In this document: piece after piece, positions 35,066 to 44,974 of the stretch
How positions within the stretch are numbered: the stretch's first letter is position 1
How the letters are laid out: every line of letters begins with the position of its first letter
Origin: Thermoleophilaceae bacterium
GTDB lineage: Bacteria; Actinomycetota; Thermoleophilia; Solirubrobacterales; Thermoleophilaceae
Assembly: GCA_014534235.1 (NCBI GenBank)
Contig: JACVRW010000004.1
Span: 2,137 to 66,136 of the forward strand
Direction of reading: 5' to 3'
Length of the DNA: 64,000 nt
Notes under the pieces: generated by a model
The model's input: the letters and a program-made list of their open reading frames with translations, nothing else
Databases searched by the model: none
What the model was told of the DNA's origin: nothing
Translations under genes and position numbers: made by a program

Positions 35066-36724
35066 TCACGATGCCTTCTTGCAGAACAGGAGCCAGTCGT
35101 TCTTCCAGACGGGATGGATGCCCGCGCAGTTCTCGGCGTCCATCCGCTCGGAGAAGAAGGAGGTCGACTCCTCGTACCCGTAGGGCACCACGAAGGCCTT
35201 CTCGTTGACGACGTACTCGTCGAGGTCGCCCCACCGCTCGGCGACAGCCTCGGGATCCTCGCCTCGCAGCTCATCCAGGGTCTTGTCGATCCGGGAATCG
35301 CTGACGAAGCCCTGGTTGAAGGTGACCTCCGACTCGAGCGCCTCGGAGGAGAGGGTTGGCTCGAAGAAGTCGGCCGGATGAGGATAGTCCTGGTACCAGT
35401 TCGTGAACCCGGTCTGTGCCTTCGTCCGCCTCAGCCCGACCTGCTCGATGTACACCTGCTGGTCGAGCGTCTTGACGTCGGCATCGAAGCCGATCTCGCC
35501 CAAGACGTCGCGAAGGTAGTCGGCGATCGCAGGCCGGGGGTCCTTGTTGTTGGTCCACACCGTCACCTCCTCGCCCTCGTAGCCGGACTGCTCGACGAGC
35601 TGCCTGGCCCGCTCGAGATTCGGCCCCGCCGCCGGATCGCCGTACTTGCAGTCGAACTCCTCGTAGCCCGTCACCGACGGCGGCAGCATCGTGCAACCTG
35701 GATCTAGCCTGCCGCCGAAGATCCGCACCAGCGCGTTGCTGTCGATGGCGTAGTTGACGGCCTCGCGCGCTTCCTGCTTGTCGAAGGGCGGGAGCGTCAC
35801 GTTCAGGAAGAAGTAGTAGACGTTCGCCGGGCTCGCCGCCTCCCGAAGGCGCTCAGGGTACTGCGCGCGCACCTCTGGGAGCTGGTCGCCGGCGGGATCC
35901 TCGGTCATGAAGTCGAGCTTCCCGCTGATCACGTCCTGCGTCATCCGCGTGACGTTGTCGCTGACGGCGATTTTGATCCTGTCGAAGTTGCCCTTTGGGA
36001 TCCCCGGGATGTCCCGGAACCGCCGGTTCCGCTCGAGGACCCACTCGCGATTGAAGTCGACCACCTCGAGCGTGTATGGGCCAACTCCGGGGGGCGGCTG
36101 CTTTAGGCCCCTGGCCGGGGACTTCGCTGCCGGCGTCGGAGCGGCGTAGGGCTGGGCGAGCGCGAACAGGATTTGCGTGTTCGGCTCCGTAAGGGTGACC
36201 TCGATCTCGCCGGTCCGGTCGTTCGCCTCGATGCCGGCTATGTCCGCCTTGAAGTTGCCGCGCTCGGTGAACTCCGTGGCGCCCTGGATGCCGGTGTAGA
36301 ACCCGGACCAGGGACTGCCGAGCTTCAGCAGGCGCTTGATCGTGTTCTCGAAGTCGCTCGCCTTCACCGGCGACCCGTCGCTGTACTCGAGCCCCTCGCG
36401 GAGCCGGAACGTGTACGTCCTGCCCCCGTTCGTCGGCTCGGGGACCTCCTCGGCCAGGGCGGGGATGATCTCGGTGCCGGCGTTCCCCTCCTGGTGGGCG
36501 TACGTGACGAGCGGCGTATACACCATCTGAAACGGCTGAACCGCCTGCAGCGACTGGATCAGGACCGGATCCGCGCTGTCCGGGCCGACGCTTCCGATCG
36601 CGATCTCGCCGCCGGTGTCCCGAGCCCCGCCTCCACCGTCGTCGTCGCCGCCGCCGCAGGCGGCGACGTCGAACACCGACAGGGCGACGAGCAGCACCGC
36701 TCCGCGTCTCCCGAGCTTGCCCAA
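35066..36724 (-). CDS. Family-5 ABC substrate-binding lipoprotein, copy 3
   Basis: 552 aa. TTG start with GGAGGAAG 6 nt upstream. Lipobox FDVAAC. It matches copy 1 over long stretches (GSPV[KR]ASDFENTIKRLLKL, YAAPTPAAKSP). Confidence 0.9.
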   Translation of the reverse strand: MGKLGRRGAVLLVALSVFDVAACGGGDDDGGGGARDTGGEIAIGSVGPDSADPVLIQSLQAVQPFQMVYTPLVTYAHQEGNAGTEIIPALAEEVPEPTNGGRTYTFRLREGLEYSDGSPVKASDFENTIKRLLKLGSPWSGFYTGIQGATEFTERGNFKADIAGIEANDRTGEIEVTLTEPNTQILFALAQPYAAPTPAAKSPARGLKQPPPGVGPYTLEVVDFNREWVLERNRRFRDIPGIPKGNFDRIKIAVSDNVTRMTQDVISGKLDFMTEDPAGDQLPEVRAQYPERLREAASPANVYYFFLNVTLPPFDKQEAREAVNYAIDSNALVRIFGGRLDPGCTMLPPSVTGYEEFDCKYGDPAAGPNLERARQLVEQSGYEGEEVTVWTNNKDPRPAIADYLRDVLGEIGFDADVKTLDQQVYIEQVGLRRTKAQTGFTNWYQDYPHPADFFEPTLSSEALESEVTFNQGFVSDSRIDKTLDELRGEDPEAVAERWGDLDEYVVNEKAFVVPYGYEESTSFFSERMDAENCAGIHPVWKNDWLLFCKKAS

Positions 36725-36856
36725 TTAACTTCCTCCGGTCTCGCTTTCGGCGCGGCGGCCAAATCTACCCGCCATGGGTCCGCGGAACGGTTACGCCTGG
36801 AACGAAAAATATCCGCTTAACCGCGTATTTCGCCACACCTTTGGGGGGTCCTACCG

Positions 36857-37645
36857 CTAGGCGCTGGCGCCCGGTGGGGCGCGCAGCATCTCCTCGCGCA
36901 TCGTCGAGAGCGACTTGCGGATGAGGCGGGAGACGTGCATCTGCGAGAGCCCGACGCGGTGTGCGATCTGCGTCTGAGGCAGCCCCTCCTCGAAGCGCAT
37001 CCGCAGTATCTCGCGTTCGCGCGGCGCGAGCCGGTCGAGCATCGGCTCGAGCGCGGCGCGGTGCTCGGAGCGCTCGAACTCGACGTCCTCGTCGCCGATG
37101 GTCTCGAGCGGATCGAGCTCCTCCTCGCCGCCGGGGCCGGCCGAGAGCGAGACCGTCGAGTACGCGGAGCCCACCTCCATCGCCTCGATCACCTCCTCCG
37201 GGGTGGTCTTCAGCTCCTCGGCGATCTCGGCGATGCTGGGTGAGCGGCCGAGCCTTCCGGTGAGGCGCTCGATCGCTCCGGACATCGCGGCATTCAGCTC
37301 CTGCAGCGCGCGCGGGACGCGGATCGCCCACCCCTTGTCGCGGAAGTGGCGCTTGATCTCGCCGACCACGTTCGGAGTGGCGTAGGTGGCCAGCGAGACC
37401 TCGCGCTCGAGCTCGAAGCGATCGATCGCCTTGATCAGGCCGATGGCGCCGACCTGCTCGATGTCCTCGAGCGCCTCGCCGCGGCCGGCGTAGCGGCGAG
37501 CGAGCGATCGCACGAGCGGGAGGTGGCGCTGGATCAGCTCCTCTCGCGCGGCGGTGTCGCCGTCGCGGTGGTAGCGACGAAGAAGCTCGCGGTCCTCCCC
37601 GCGGGCACGCTCCGGCACTGTGGACCGGCGCGGCGCTGTGCTCAC
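36857..37645 (-). CDS. SigB/SigF/SigG-type (group 3) RNA polymerase sigma factor
   Basis: Last 262 aa of ORF 36857..38068, from GTG 37645 (GTGA overlap). Region 2 DIEQVGAIGLIKAIDRFE, TYATPNVVGEIKRHFRD. Region 4 GLSQMHVSRLIRKSL. Confidence 0.9.
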   Translation of the reverse strand: MSTAPRRSTVPERARGEDRELLRRYHRDGDTAAREELIQRHLPLVRSLARRYAGRGEALEDIEQVGAIGLIKAIDRFELEREVSLATYATPNVVGEIKRHFRDKGWAIRVPRALQELNAAMSGAIERLTGRLGRSPSIAEIAEELKTTPEEVIEAMEVGSAYSTVSLSAGPGGEEELDPLETIGDEDVEFERSEHRAALEPMLDRLAPREREILRMRFEEGLPQTQIAHRVGLSQMHVSRLIRKSLSTMREEMLRAPPGASA

Positions 37646-38037
37646 GCCATGCCCTTCAGTTTCTCTAGTCGTACGACGATCCGCCCGTCTCCGGACTCCT
37701 CGACGCCGAACGAGTCGACGACCGTCTGCAGGATGCGACGGAGGGTCAGGTGCCCCGGCTGCACGTCGCCGTCGTGCAGCGCGTCCGCGACCGCGGACTC
37801 GCTCAGCGGGCCGACGTGTGCGCGGATGCCGCGCTCCCCCACCTCGAACGACAGGTGAACGCTGCCAACCTGGCCAGCCTCGGCGAGCAGCCGCTCCACG
37901 GCCAGCTGCAGATCGTCGATCTCCTCGAAGGCGAAGTCGACCCGCTCCGCGATGCCGCCGATGATGAGCCGGACGACTGCCTGGAAGTCGCCGGACAGCG
38001 GCGCGTCGAGATCGATTCGCTCCTGGTGCTCGCTCAT
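37642..38037 (-). CDS. RsbW-fold anti-sigma factor lacking kinase motifs (UsfX/RsfA-like)
   Basis: Last 131 aa of ORF 37642..39573, from ATG 38037. Its layout parallels RsbW and mycobacterial UsfX (DFAFEEIDDLQLAVERLLAEAG), but the N-box Asn and the DxGxG box are absent. It lies directly upstream of the sigma gene and is coupled to it. Confidence 0.55.
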   Translation of the reverse strand: MSEHQERIDLDAPLSGDFQAVVRLIIGGIAERVDFAFEEIDDLQLAVERLLAEAGQVGSVHLSFEVGERGIRAHVGPLSESAVADALHDGDVQPGHLTLRRILQTVVDSFGVEESGDGRIVVRLEKLKGMA

Positions 38038-39464
38038 TGGTGCTCCCTGATCGTTCCCTCGCCCACAATGCGATCGGCAGTCATGAGGCAGGCCAGCTGC
38101 CCGGGCGCGACGGCGCTCGCGGCCCGCGCCAGCTCGAGCTCGAGCCGGCCGTCGTCCGCCACCGCCCGGCATGGGATGCGCGGCGAGCGATAGCGCAGGC
38201 GGACCGAGTCGACCGAGGCGACGTCCCGGTACAGGCGCGCTCCTTGGAGCCGCACGCGAGTGACCGCGAGCGCCTCGCGGGGCCCGACGGTCACCCGGCC
38301 GGTGGCGGCGTCCCTCTCCAGCACGTAGAGCGGCTGGGTCGACGACAGTCCGAGCCCGCGGCGCTGACCGACCGTGAAGCTGTGCTGCCCGTCGTGGCGG
38401 CCGAGCACGCGGCCCTCGCGGTCGACGATCTCTCCCGCCCGGCGGAGCCGTGGTCCACCATGACGCCGGAGGAAGGCGCGCCCACCGAGCCCGGCCACGA
38501 AGCAGAGGTCCTGGCTCTCGCGCTTGTCGGCGACGGGCAGGCCGGAGGCGCGAGCCAGCCCGCGCACCGCGTCCTTCGTCAGGCTCCCGAGCGGGAACGA
38601 GAGCCGTTCGAGCATGGCCGGGTCGAGCCTGGCCAGCATGTAGCTCTGGTCCTTGCCCGGGTCGGCGGCCTCCCGCACCAGCGGCCCGTGCGAGTCGCGG
38701 CCGATGCGGGCGTAGTGCCCCGTGGCCAGCCGGGCCGCGCCGAGGGCGTCGGCCAGCGCGAGCATGCCGTCGAAGCGCACGTGCCCGTTGCAGCGGACGC
38801 ACGGGTTCGGCGTGAGGCCGGCGGCGTAGCCGCCGACGAAGTGGTCCACCACCTCGCTGCGAAAGCGCTCCCGCAGGTCGAGGGTCACGTGCGGGATCCC
38901 CATCCGGTGGGCCAGGTCGCGGGCCCCGGTCACCGCCTGGGGAGAGCAGCAGCTGCGCTCGCCATCCGTGGCCGGGTGCGCCCACAGCTCGAGCGTCACC
39001 CCCACCACCTCGTCGCCCGCGTCGAGGGCGAGCTGCGCCGCGGCGGCGCTGTCCACTCCCCCGCTCATGGCCACCAAAGTGCGGCGGCGGCTCGGCTCGA
39101 GGCGCGGGGCGCCGGCACGGGCAGCGGCGCCGAGGGCGCGGTGGAGCGCATCCGCCGCGAGCTGGGCGGCGTGGCGCTTCGACGGCAGGAGGCCGCCGAG
39201 CGCGTCCGCCACGTCGTCGACCGTGACGCGCGCTGCCTCGACGAACGGGGCGTCCTCGACCAGCTCGACGGTGGCGCTGCCCGCGGCCTGCGCGGCGCCG
39301 CAGCCGTCGGCGTCGAAGCCGGCCTCGACGATGCGGTCCCCCTCCACCCGGACCGCGACCCGGACCAGGTCGCCGCAGGCGGCGCCGCCGGCTGCGCCGG
39401 CGTGCGGCCAGTCGGCGAGGGTGCCCAGCCCGCGCGGTGCGATCAGGTGCTCTTCGAGGCTCAT
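38034..39464 (-). CDS. mnmA: IscU/NifU-N-like domain fused to tRNA 2-thiouridine(34) synthase MnmA
   Basis: 476 aa. Residues 1-~125 are IscU-like (GGAACGDLV, DADGCGAAQAAGS, LPSKRHAAQLAADAL). These are followed by the PP-loop VAMSGGVDSAAAA, NPCVRCN and the rest of MnmA. Confidence 0.85.
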   Translation of the reverse strand: MSLEEHLIAPRGLGTLADWPHAGAAGGAACGDLVRVAVRVEGDRIVEAGFDADGCGAAQAAGSATVELVEDAPFVEAARVTVDDVADALGGLLPSKRHAAQLAADALHRALGAAARAGAPRLEPSRRRTLVAMSGGVDSAAAAQLALDAGDEVVGVTLELWAHPATDGERSCCSPQAVTGARDLAHRMGIPHVTLDLRERFRSEVVDHFVGGYAAGLTPNPCVRCNGHVRFDGMLALADALGAARLATGHYARIGRDSHGPLVREAADPGKDQSYMLARLDPAMLERLSFPLGSLTKDAVRGLARASGLPVADKRESQDLCFVAGLGGRAFLRRHGGPRLRRAGEIVDREGRVLGRHDGQHSFTVGQRRGLGLSSTQPLYVLERDAATGRVTVGPREALAVTRVRLQGARLYRDVASVDSVRLRYRSPRIPCRAVADDGRLELELARAASAVAPGQLACLMTADRIVGEGTIREHQ

Positions 39465-39671
39465 CCGCCTGCCTAGCGTGACACATGAAGGGCGCCATAC
39501 GGGCGCCCTCGATCAAATGGTGGCCCCAGCCTGCCGTCCGCCGGATTCGGGAGTTGGGCCTGCTGTCTTGCAAGCGTGGGTGTCCTCCGCGGCGGGCCTC
39601 GACCCAACCACGAGCCGGACTCCCATCCCGGTGGTGTTCGGCTCAACATGTACGGCCGGCTCGCGCACAGG

Positions 39672-39688
39672 CTCGGGCCGTACCCGAG
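39672..39688 (-). terminator. Hairpin directly after the aspS stop codon
   Basis: CTCGGG / CCGTA / CCCGAG, starting 2 nt past the TAG (39690-39692). No U tract. Confidence 0.3.
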
Positions 39689-39689
39689 G

Positions 39690-41461
<1,772 letters not shown>

Positions 41462-41465
<4 letters not shown>

Positions 41466-42697
41466 CCGCCGACCTCCCGCACGAGCGCGAGGGCCTCGTC
41501 GGCGTCGGACGCACGCCGCTGCTCGCCGCTCCGCATGTCCTTCACGTCGATCACGTCTCCCACGATCACGGTCGACCTCGCGCCGATGCGGTCGGCCTGT
41601 CGCAGCTGGCCCTTCAGGGAGCGCCCGGCCTGCTCCATCTCCACGCGGAACCCCTCGTCGCGCAGCCGCCGCGCGAGGCGGAAGCCCTCTCGGGCGGCGT
41701 CCGGCTTGGCGAGCGCGACATATATACGCGAGTCCGCCGCGGGCTCGCCCTCGCCGGCCGCTAGCAGCACGCGCTCGACCCCGGCCGCCCAGCCGACCCC
41801 GGGCGTCGGCGGCCCGCCGAGCTCCTCGATCAGAAGGTCGTAGCGCCCCCCGCCGCCGAGCGCACTCTGCGCCCCCAGCCGCGGCGACTCGAACTCGAAC
41901 ACCGTCCGCGTGTAGTAGTCGAGCCCGCGCACGAGCGTGGGGTCGATCTCGTAGGCTAGGCCGGCGTCGTCGAGCAGCGCCCGCACGTCGGCGAAGTGGT
42001 CGGCGTCGTCGGCGCTCAGCCGGTCGAGCAGGTGCGGCGCGCCCTGCATGACGGCCCGGGTCCCCGGGTGGTCGGCGTCGAAGGCCCTGAGGGGGTTGTC
42101 GTCGAGCCGGGCGCGGACGTCCTCCGACAGCGCGTCCTCGCGCCCGTGCAGGTACGCGCGCAGCTCGTCAAGGTAGGCGGCCCTGGTCTCCGGCGTCCCT
42201 AGGCTCGAGAGCCGGAGCCTGGTCTCGCCCACCCCGGCCCGATCGAGGAGCTCGGCGAGCAGCAGTATCAGCTCCGCGTCGAGGCTTGGATCGTCCGAGC
42301 CGAGCGCCTCCGCCCCGAGCTGGGTGAACTGGCGGAAGCGCCCCGCCTGGGGCGCCTCGTGGCGGAAGAACGGACCCCAGTACCAGAGCTTCACGGGCTG
42401 CGGAAGCTTGTGCATCCCGTGCTCGACGTACGCACGACAGACCCCCGCGGTGTTCTCCGGGCGCAGCGTGAGCGATCGCCCGGCCTTGTCCTCGAAGGTA
42501 AACATCTCCTTCTGCACGATGTCCGTGGACTCGCCCACGCCGCGGGCGAACAGCTCGGTGTCCTCGAACACCGGAGTCTCGAACGGCTCGTAGCCCGCCT
42601 GGCCGAGCAGCTCGTCGGCGATCTTGAGCAACTGGAGCCGGAGGCGAGCGTCGGCGGGCAGGACGTCGAAGGTCCCGCGTGGGGCCTTCGGGTTCAC
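41462..42697 (-). CDS. hisS: Histidine--tRNA ligase
   Basis: Last 411 aa of ORF 41462..43081, from GTG 42697 (VNPKAPRGTFDVLP..). Motifs LRPENTAGVCRAY, FRHEAPQAGRFRQFTQLG, GGGRYD. Confidence 0.95.
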
Positions 42698-42752
42698 GGG
42701 CGCTCCCCGGGGCGGCGGCTCCGAGCCACGACCGTTCTCCCGGGCGTGGCCA

Positions 42753-43391
42753 CTATCTGGCGAGCTCGGCCAGGAACGGGTTCCTCGCGCGCTCGGCCCC
42801 GAGGCTCGTGATCCCCATGTGGCCGGGGTACACCGTCGTCTCTCGCGGCAGCGTGTCGACGAGCGTGCGGAGCGACTGGAGCAGCGTATTCCAGTCGCCG
42901 CCCGGCAGGTCGGTGCGACCGACCGAGCCCTGGAAGAGCACGTCGCCCGAGAAGACGGCCTGCTCGTCTGGGATCGAGAACGTGACGTGGCCGGGGCTGT
43001 GGCCGGGTGTGAAGAGCACGTCGATCCCGAAATCCGCCAGCTCGAGCCGCTCGCCGCCCTCGAGCGTGTGCTCCGCCTCATACGGCTCGAACGGGCCGAA
43101 GCCCGGCCAGGGCACGAAGGAGTTGATGTCGGCGAGCACGAACGCCTCTGCGCGCGGCACCCACACCTCGGCGCCGGTGGCGCGCGCCACCGGGGCCACC
43201 GCGCCCACGTGGTCGAAGTGCGTATGGGTCAGCAGGATGCCCTGGAGCGTCACCCCCAGCCGCTCGATGGCGCTGAGCAGCTTGTCGGGCTCGTCTCCCG
43301 GATCGACGATCAGGGCGTCGCTCGACCCGTCGCGGCGGAACACGTAGCTGTTCTCGGCGACCGGCCCCACTGTGAACATGCGCACGTCCAT
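42753..43391 (-). CDS. MBL-fold hydrolase (glyoxalase II-like)
   Basis: 212 aa. Motifs ILLTHTHFDHVG, TPGHSPGH, GDWN. Confidence 0.85.
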   Translation of the reverse strand: MDVRMFTVGPVAENSYVFRRDGSSDALIVDPGDEPDKLLSAIERLGVTLQGILLTHTHFDHVGAVAPVARATGAEVWVPRAEAFVLADINSFVPWPGFGPFEPYEAEHTLEGGERLELADFGIDVLFTPGHSPGHVTFSIPDEQAVFSGDVLFQGSVGRTDLPGGDWNTLLQSLRTLVDTLPRETTVYPGHMGITSLGAERARNPFLAELAR

Positions 43392-43400
43392 GGCTCTTGA

Positions 43401-43754
43401 CTACTTCGACTGCGTCTGCCTTCGCCGCTGCCTAAAGCGATAGATCGTCAGGTCGGTCCCATAGCCAAGCGGGATGTAGAGGAGGAACATGAAGGCGGCG
43501 AGCGCGACACCCTGCGCGACGCTGCGCCCGAAGAGGAGGGTCACGAGCACGCCGAAGATGGCGGCGGCGATCGCGGCTCGCTGGGCGGACGACTTCCAGG
43601 TCGGCGGCTTGTTCCACCGCTCCGCCCGACGCTCGCGGGCGATCTTCTTGGCCTCCTCGCGCGTCCGCGGCCGGCCGGTCCGGCCGGCGCGCTCGATCGT
43701 TCCCGCCGGTGTGCCGCGGTGCTTGCGGGTGCGCTTGCGCTTCGTGTGGGCCAT
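43401..43754 (-). CDS. Small membrane protein with a highly basic N-terminus
   Basis: Last 117 aa of ORF 43401..44171, from ATG 43754 (MAHTKRKRTRKHRGT..). Two predicted TM helices. Confidence 0.5.
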   Translation of the reverse strand: MAHTKRKRTRKHRGTPAGTIERAGRTGRPRTREEAKKIARERRAERWNKPPTWKSSAQRAAIAAAIFGVLVTLLFGRSVAQGVALAAFMFLLYIPLGYGTDLTIYRFRQRRRQTQSK

Positions 43755-43767
43755 GGCCGTAGCGACG

Positions 43768-44652
43768 TTACCGGAAGCTTGCGAGTACCTCTTCGAGGAC
43801 GTGCCGCTCCGAATGGAAGCCGCGCAGAGGGACGTCCTCCGGAAAGCCCTCGAACGCGGCGCGCGGCGCCAGGCCCACGAGCTCCGCCTCTGCCACCTCG
43901 GCGCGCTGCCGCACGTACTCGAGCACCTCCCGCAAGGGCACCGCGCGATGGTCGTGGACGTTGGTCGAGACCTGTGCCCGGCCGCGATCCTCGAGGTACA
44001 CGCCGATCGCGCGCACCCCCGGCAGCCCGCCTCCCGACTCGCGCAGCCCGGCGGCGATCCTCCGCGCCGTCTCGACGTCGTCCGTCGCGAGGTCCACGTT
44101 GAAAGCCACAAGCGGCGGCCGTGCCGCGGCCAGCACGGCCCCGGCGGTGCGATGCAGCTCTTTCGGCCCATAGTCCGGGACGAGCTCGCCCGTCTCCATC
44201 CGGCGCTTCAGCTCCTGCGGCCCGCCGCGGCGGATCCAGGCGCGCTCGGCGTGCTCCGGGCGGGTGGCCAGCTCGCCGTAGAGGAACACCGGCACGCCCA
44301 GCTCCTCGCCGACGAGGCCCGCGGCGGTCAGCGCCTCGGCGCAGGCGGCGCCTCGCCGCTCGTCGCCGAGGTAGACGACCGGCATCACGTCGAGCGCGCC
44401 GACGTGCGGGTGGACGCCGGCGTGGACCGTCACGTCGATCTGCTCGACGGCCACCCGCGCAAGGCGGAGCAGCCCCTCGGCGAGCTCCCCTTGGGGCGCG
44501 GCGAGCGTGAAGACCGCGCGACCATGGTCGGGATCGGCGTGGAGGTCGAGCAACCGCGCCGGTCCGCAGCGGCGCTCGATCGCCTCGAGCGTACGGCGAT
44601 TCCGTCCCTCGCTGACGTTTGGAACGGCGAGCAGGAGCGGCGGCCCGGGCAT
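43768..44652 (-). CDS. Glutamate formimidoyltransferase (FtcD N-terminal-type)
   Basis: 294 aa. LLAVPNVSEGRN.. and HPHVGALDVMP, typical formiminotransferase motifs. Confidence 0.85.
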   Translation of the reverse strand: MPGPPLLLAVPNVSEGRNRRTLEAIERRCGPARLLDLHADPDHGRAVFTLAAPQGELAEGLLRLARVAVEQIDVTVHAGVHPHVGALDVMPVVYLGDERRGAACAEALTAAGLVGEELGVPVFLYGELATRPEHAERAWIRRGGPQELKRRMETGELVPDYGPKELHRTAGAVLAAARPPLVAFNVDLATDDVETARRIAAGLRESGGGLPGVRAIGVYLEDRGRAQVSTNVHDHRAVPLREVLEYVRQRAEVAEAELVGLAPRAAFEGFPEDVPLRGFHSERHVLEEVLASFR

Positions 44653-44679
44653 CCCGCCGAAGGCTAAACTCGGCCGCGC

Positions 44680-44752
44680 GGCTCCGTAGCTCAGCGGTTA
44701 GAGCGCGCCACTCATAATGGCGAGGCCGGTGGTTCGAATCCACCCGGAGCTA
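44680..44752 (+). tRNA. tRNA with CAU anticodon (elongator Met; tRNA-Ile2/lysidine cannot be excluded)
   Basis: Folded by hand. Acceptor GGCUCCG/CGGAGCU, D arm GCUC-AGCGGUUA-GAGC, anticodon arm CGCCA-CUCAUAA-UGGCG (CAU at 44713-44715), T arm GGUGG-UUCGAAU-CCACC, discriminator A. No encoded CCA. It lacks the three G-C pairs of initiator tRNAs. Confidence 0.9.
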
Positions 44753-44974
44753 TCCACAGCGTCTAGGAGACCACTGAAACGCGCGTCCCGTCGGGGGCCG
44801 CCCGGGATCGCTCCGGCACGTTCTCGACGACCACAGGACAGGCGGCTCAAGAGGCGGCGCCTAGGGCGTGCGCGCCGAGATTACGGCCAGGCTCCATCAG
44901 CCGGCCTCCGGATGGCGGCCGGACCGCGTCCGGTGTCCCGTCCGAGAGGAGAGGTTGTCGACTACAGACAGGCG

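Noticed and set aside
37642-39573. 643-aa minus-strand ORF
   Set aside because: Only its last 131 aa (the anti-sigma-like protein) are plausible. The remainder is an Arg/Pro-rich alternative frame over mnmA.
39465-39689. Possibility that the aspS-mnmA spacer encodes SRP RNA, 6C RNA, a T-box or another known RNA
   Set aside because: I could not find the defining conserved sequences: the SRP GGAA/AGCA loop motifs, two C-rich loops, or a T-box specifier/T-box sequence. I report it only as an unassigned structured spacer.
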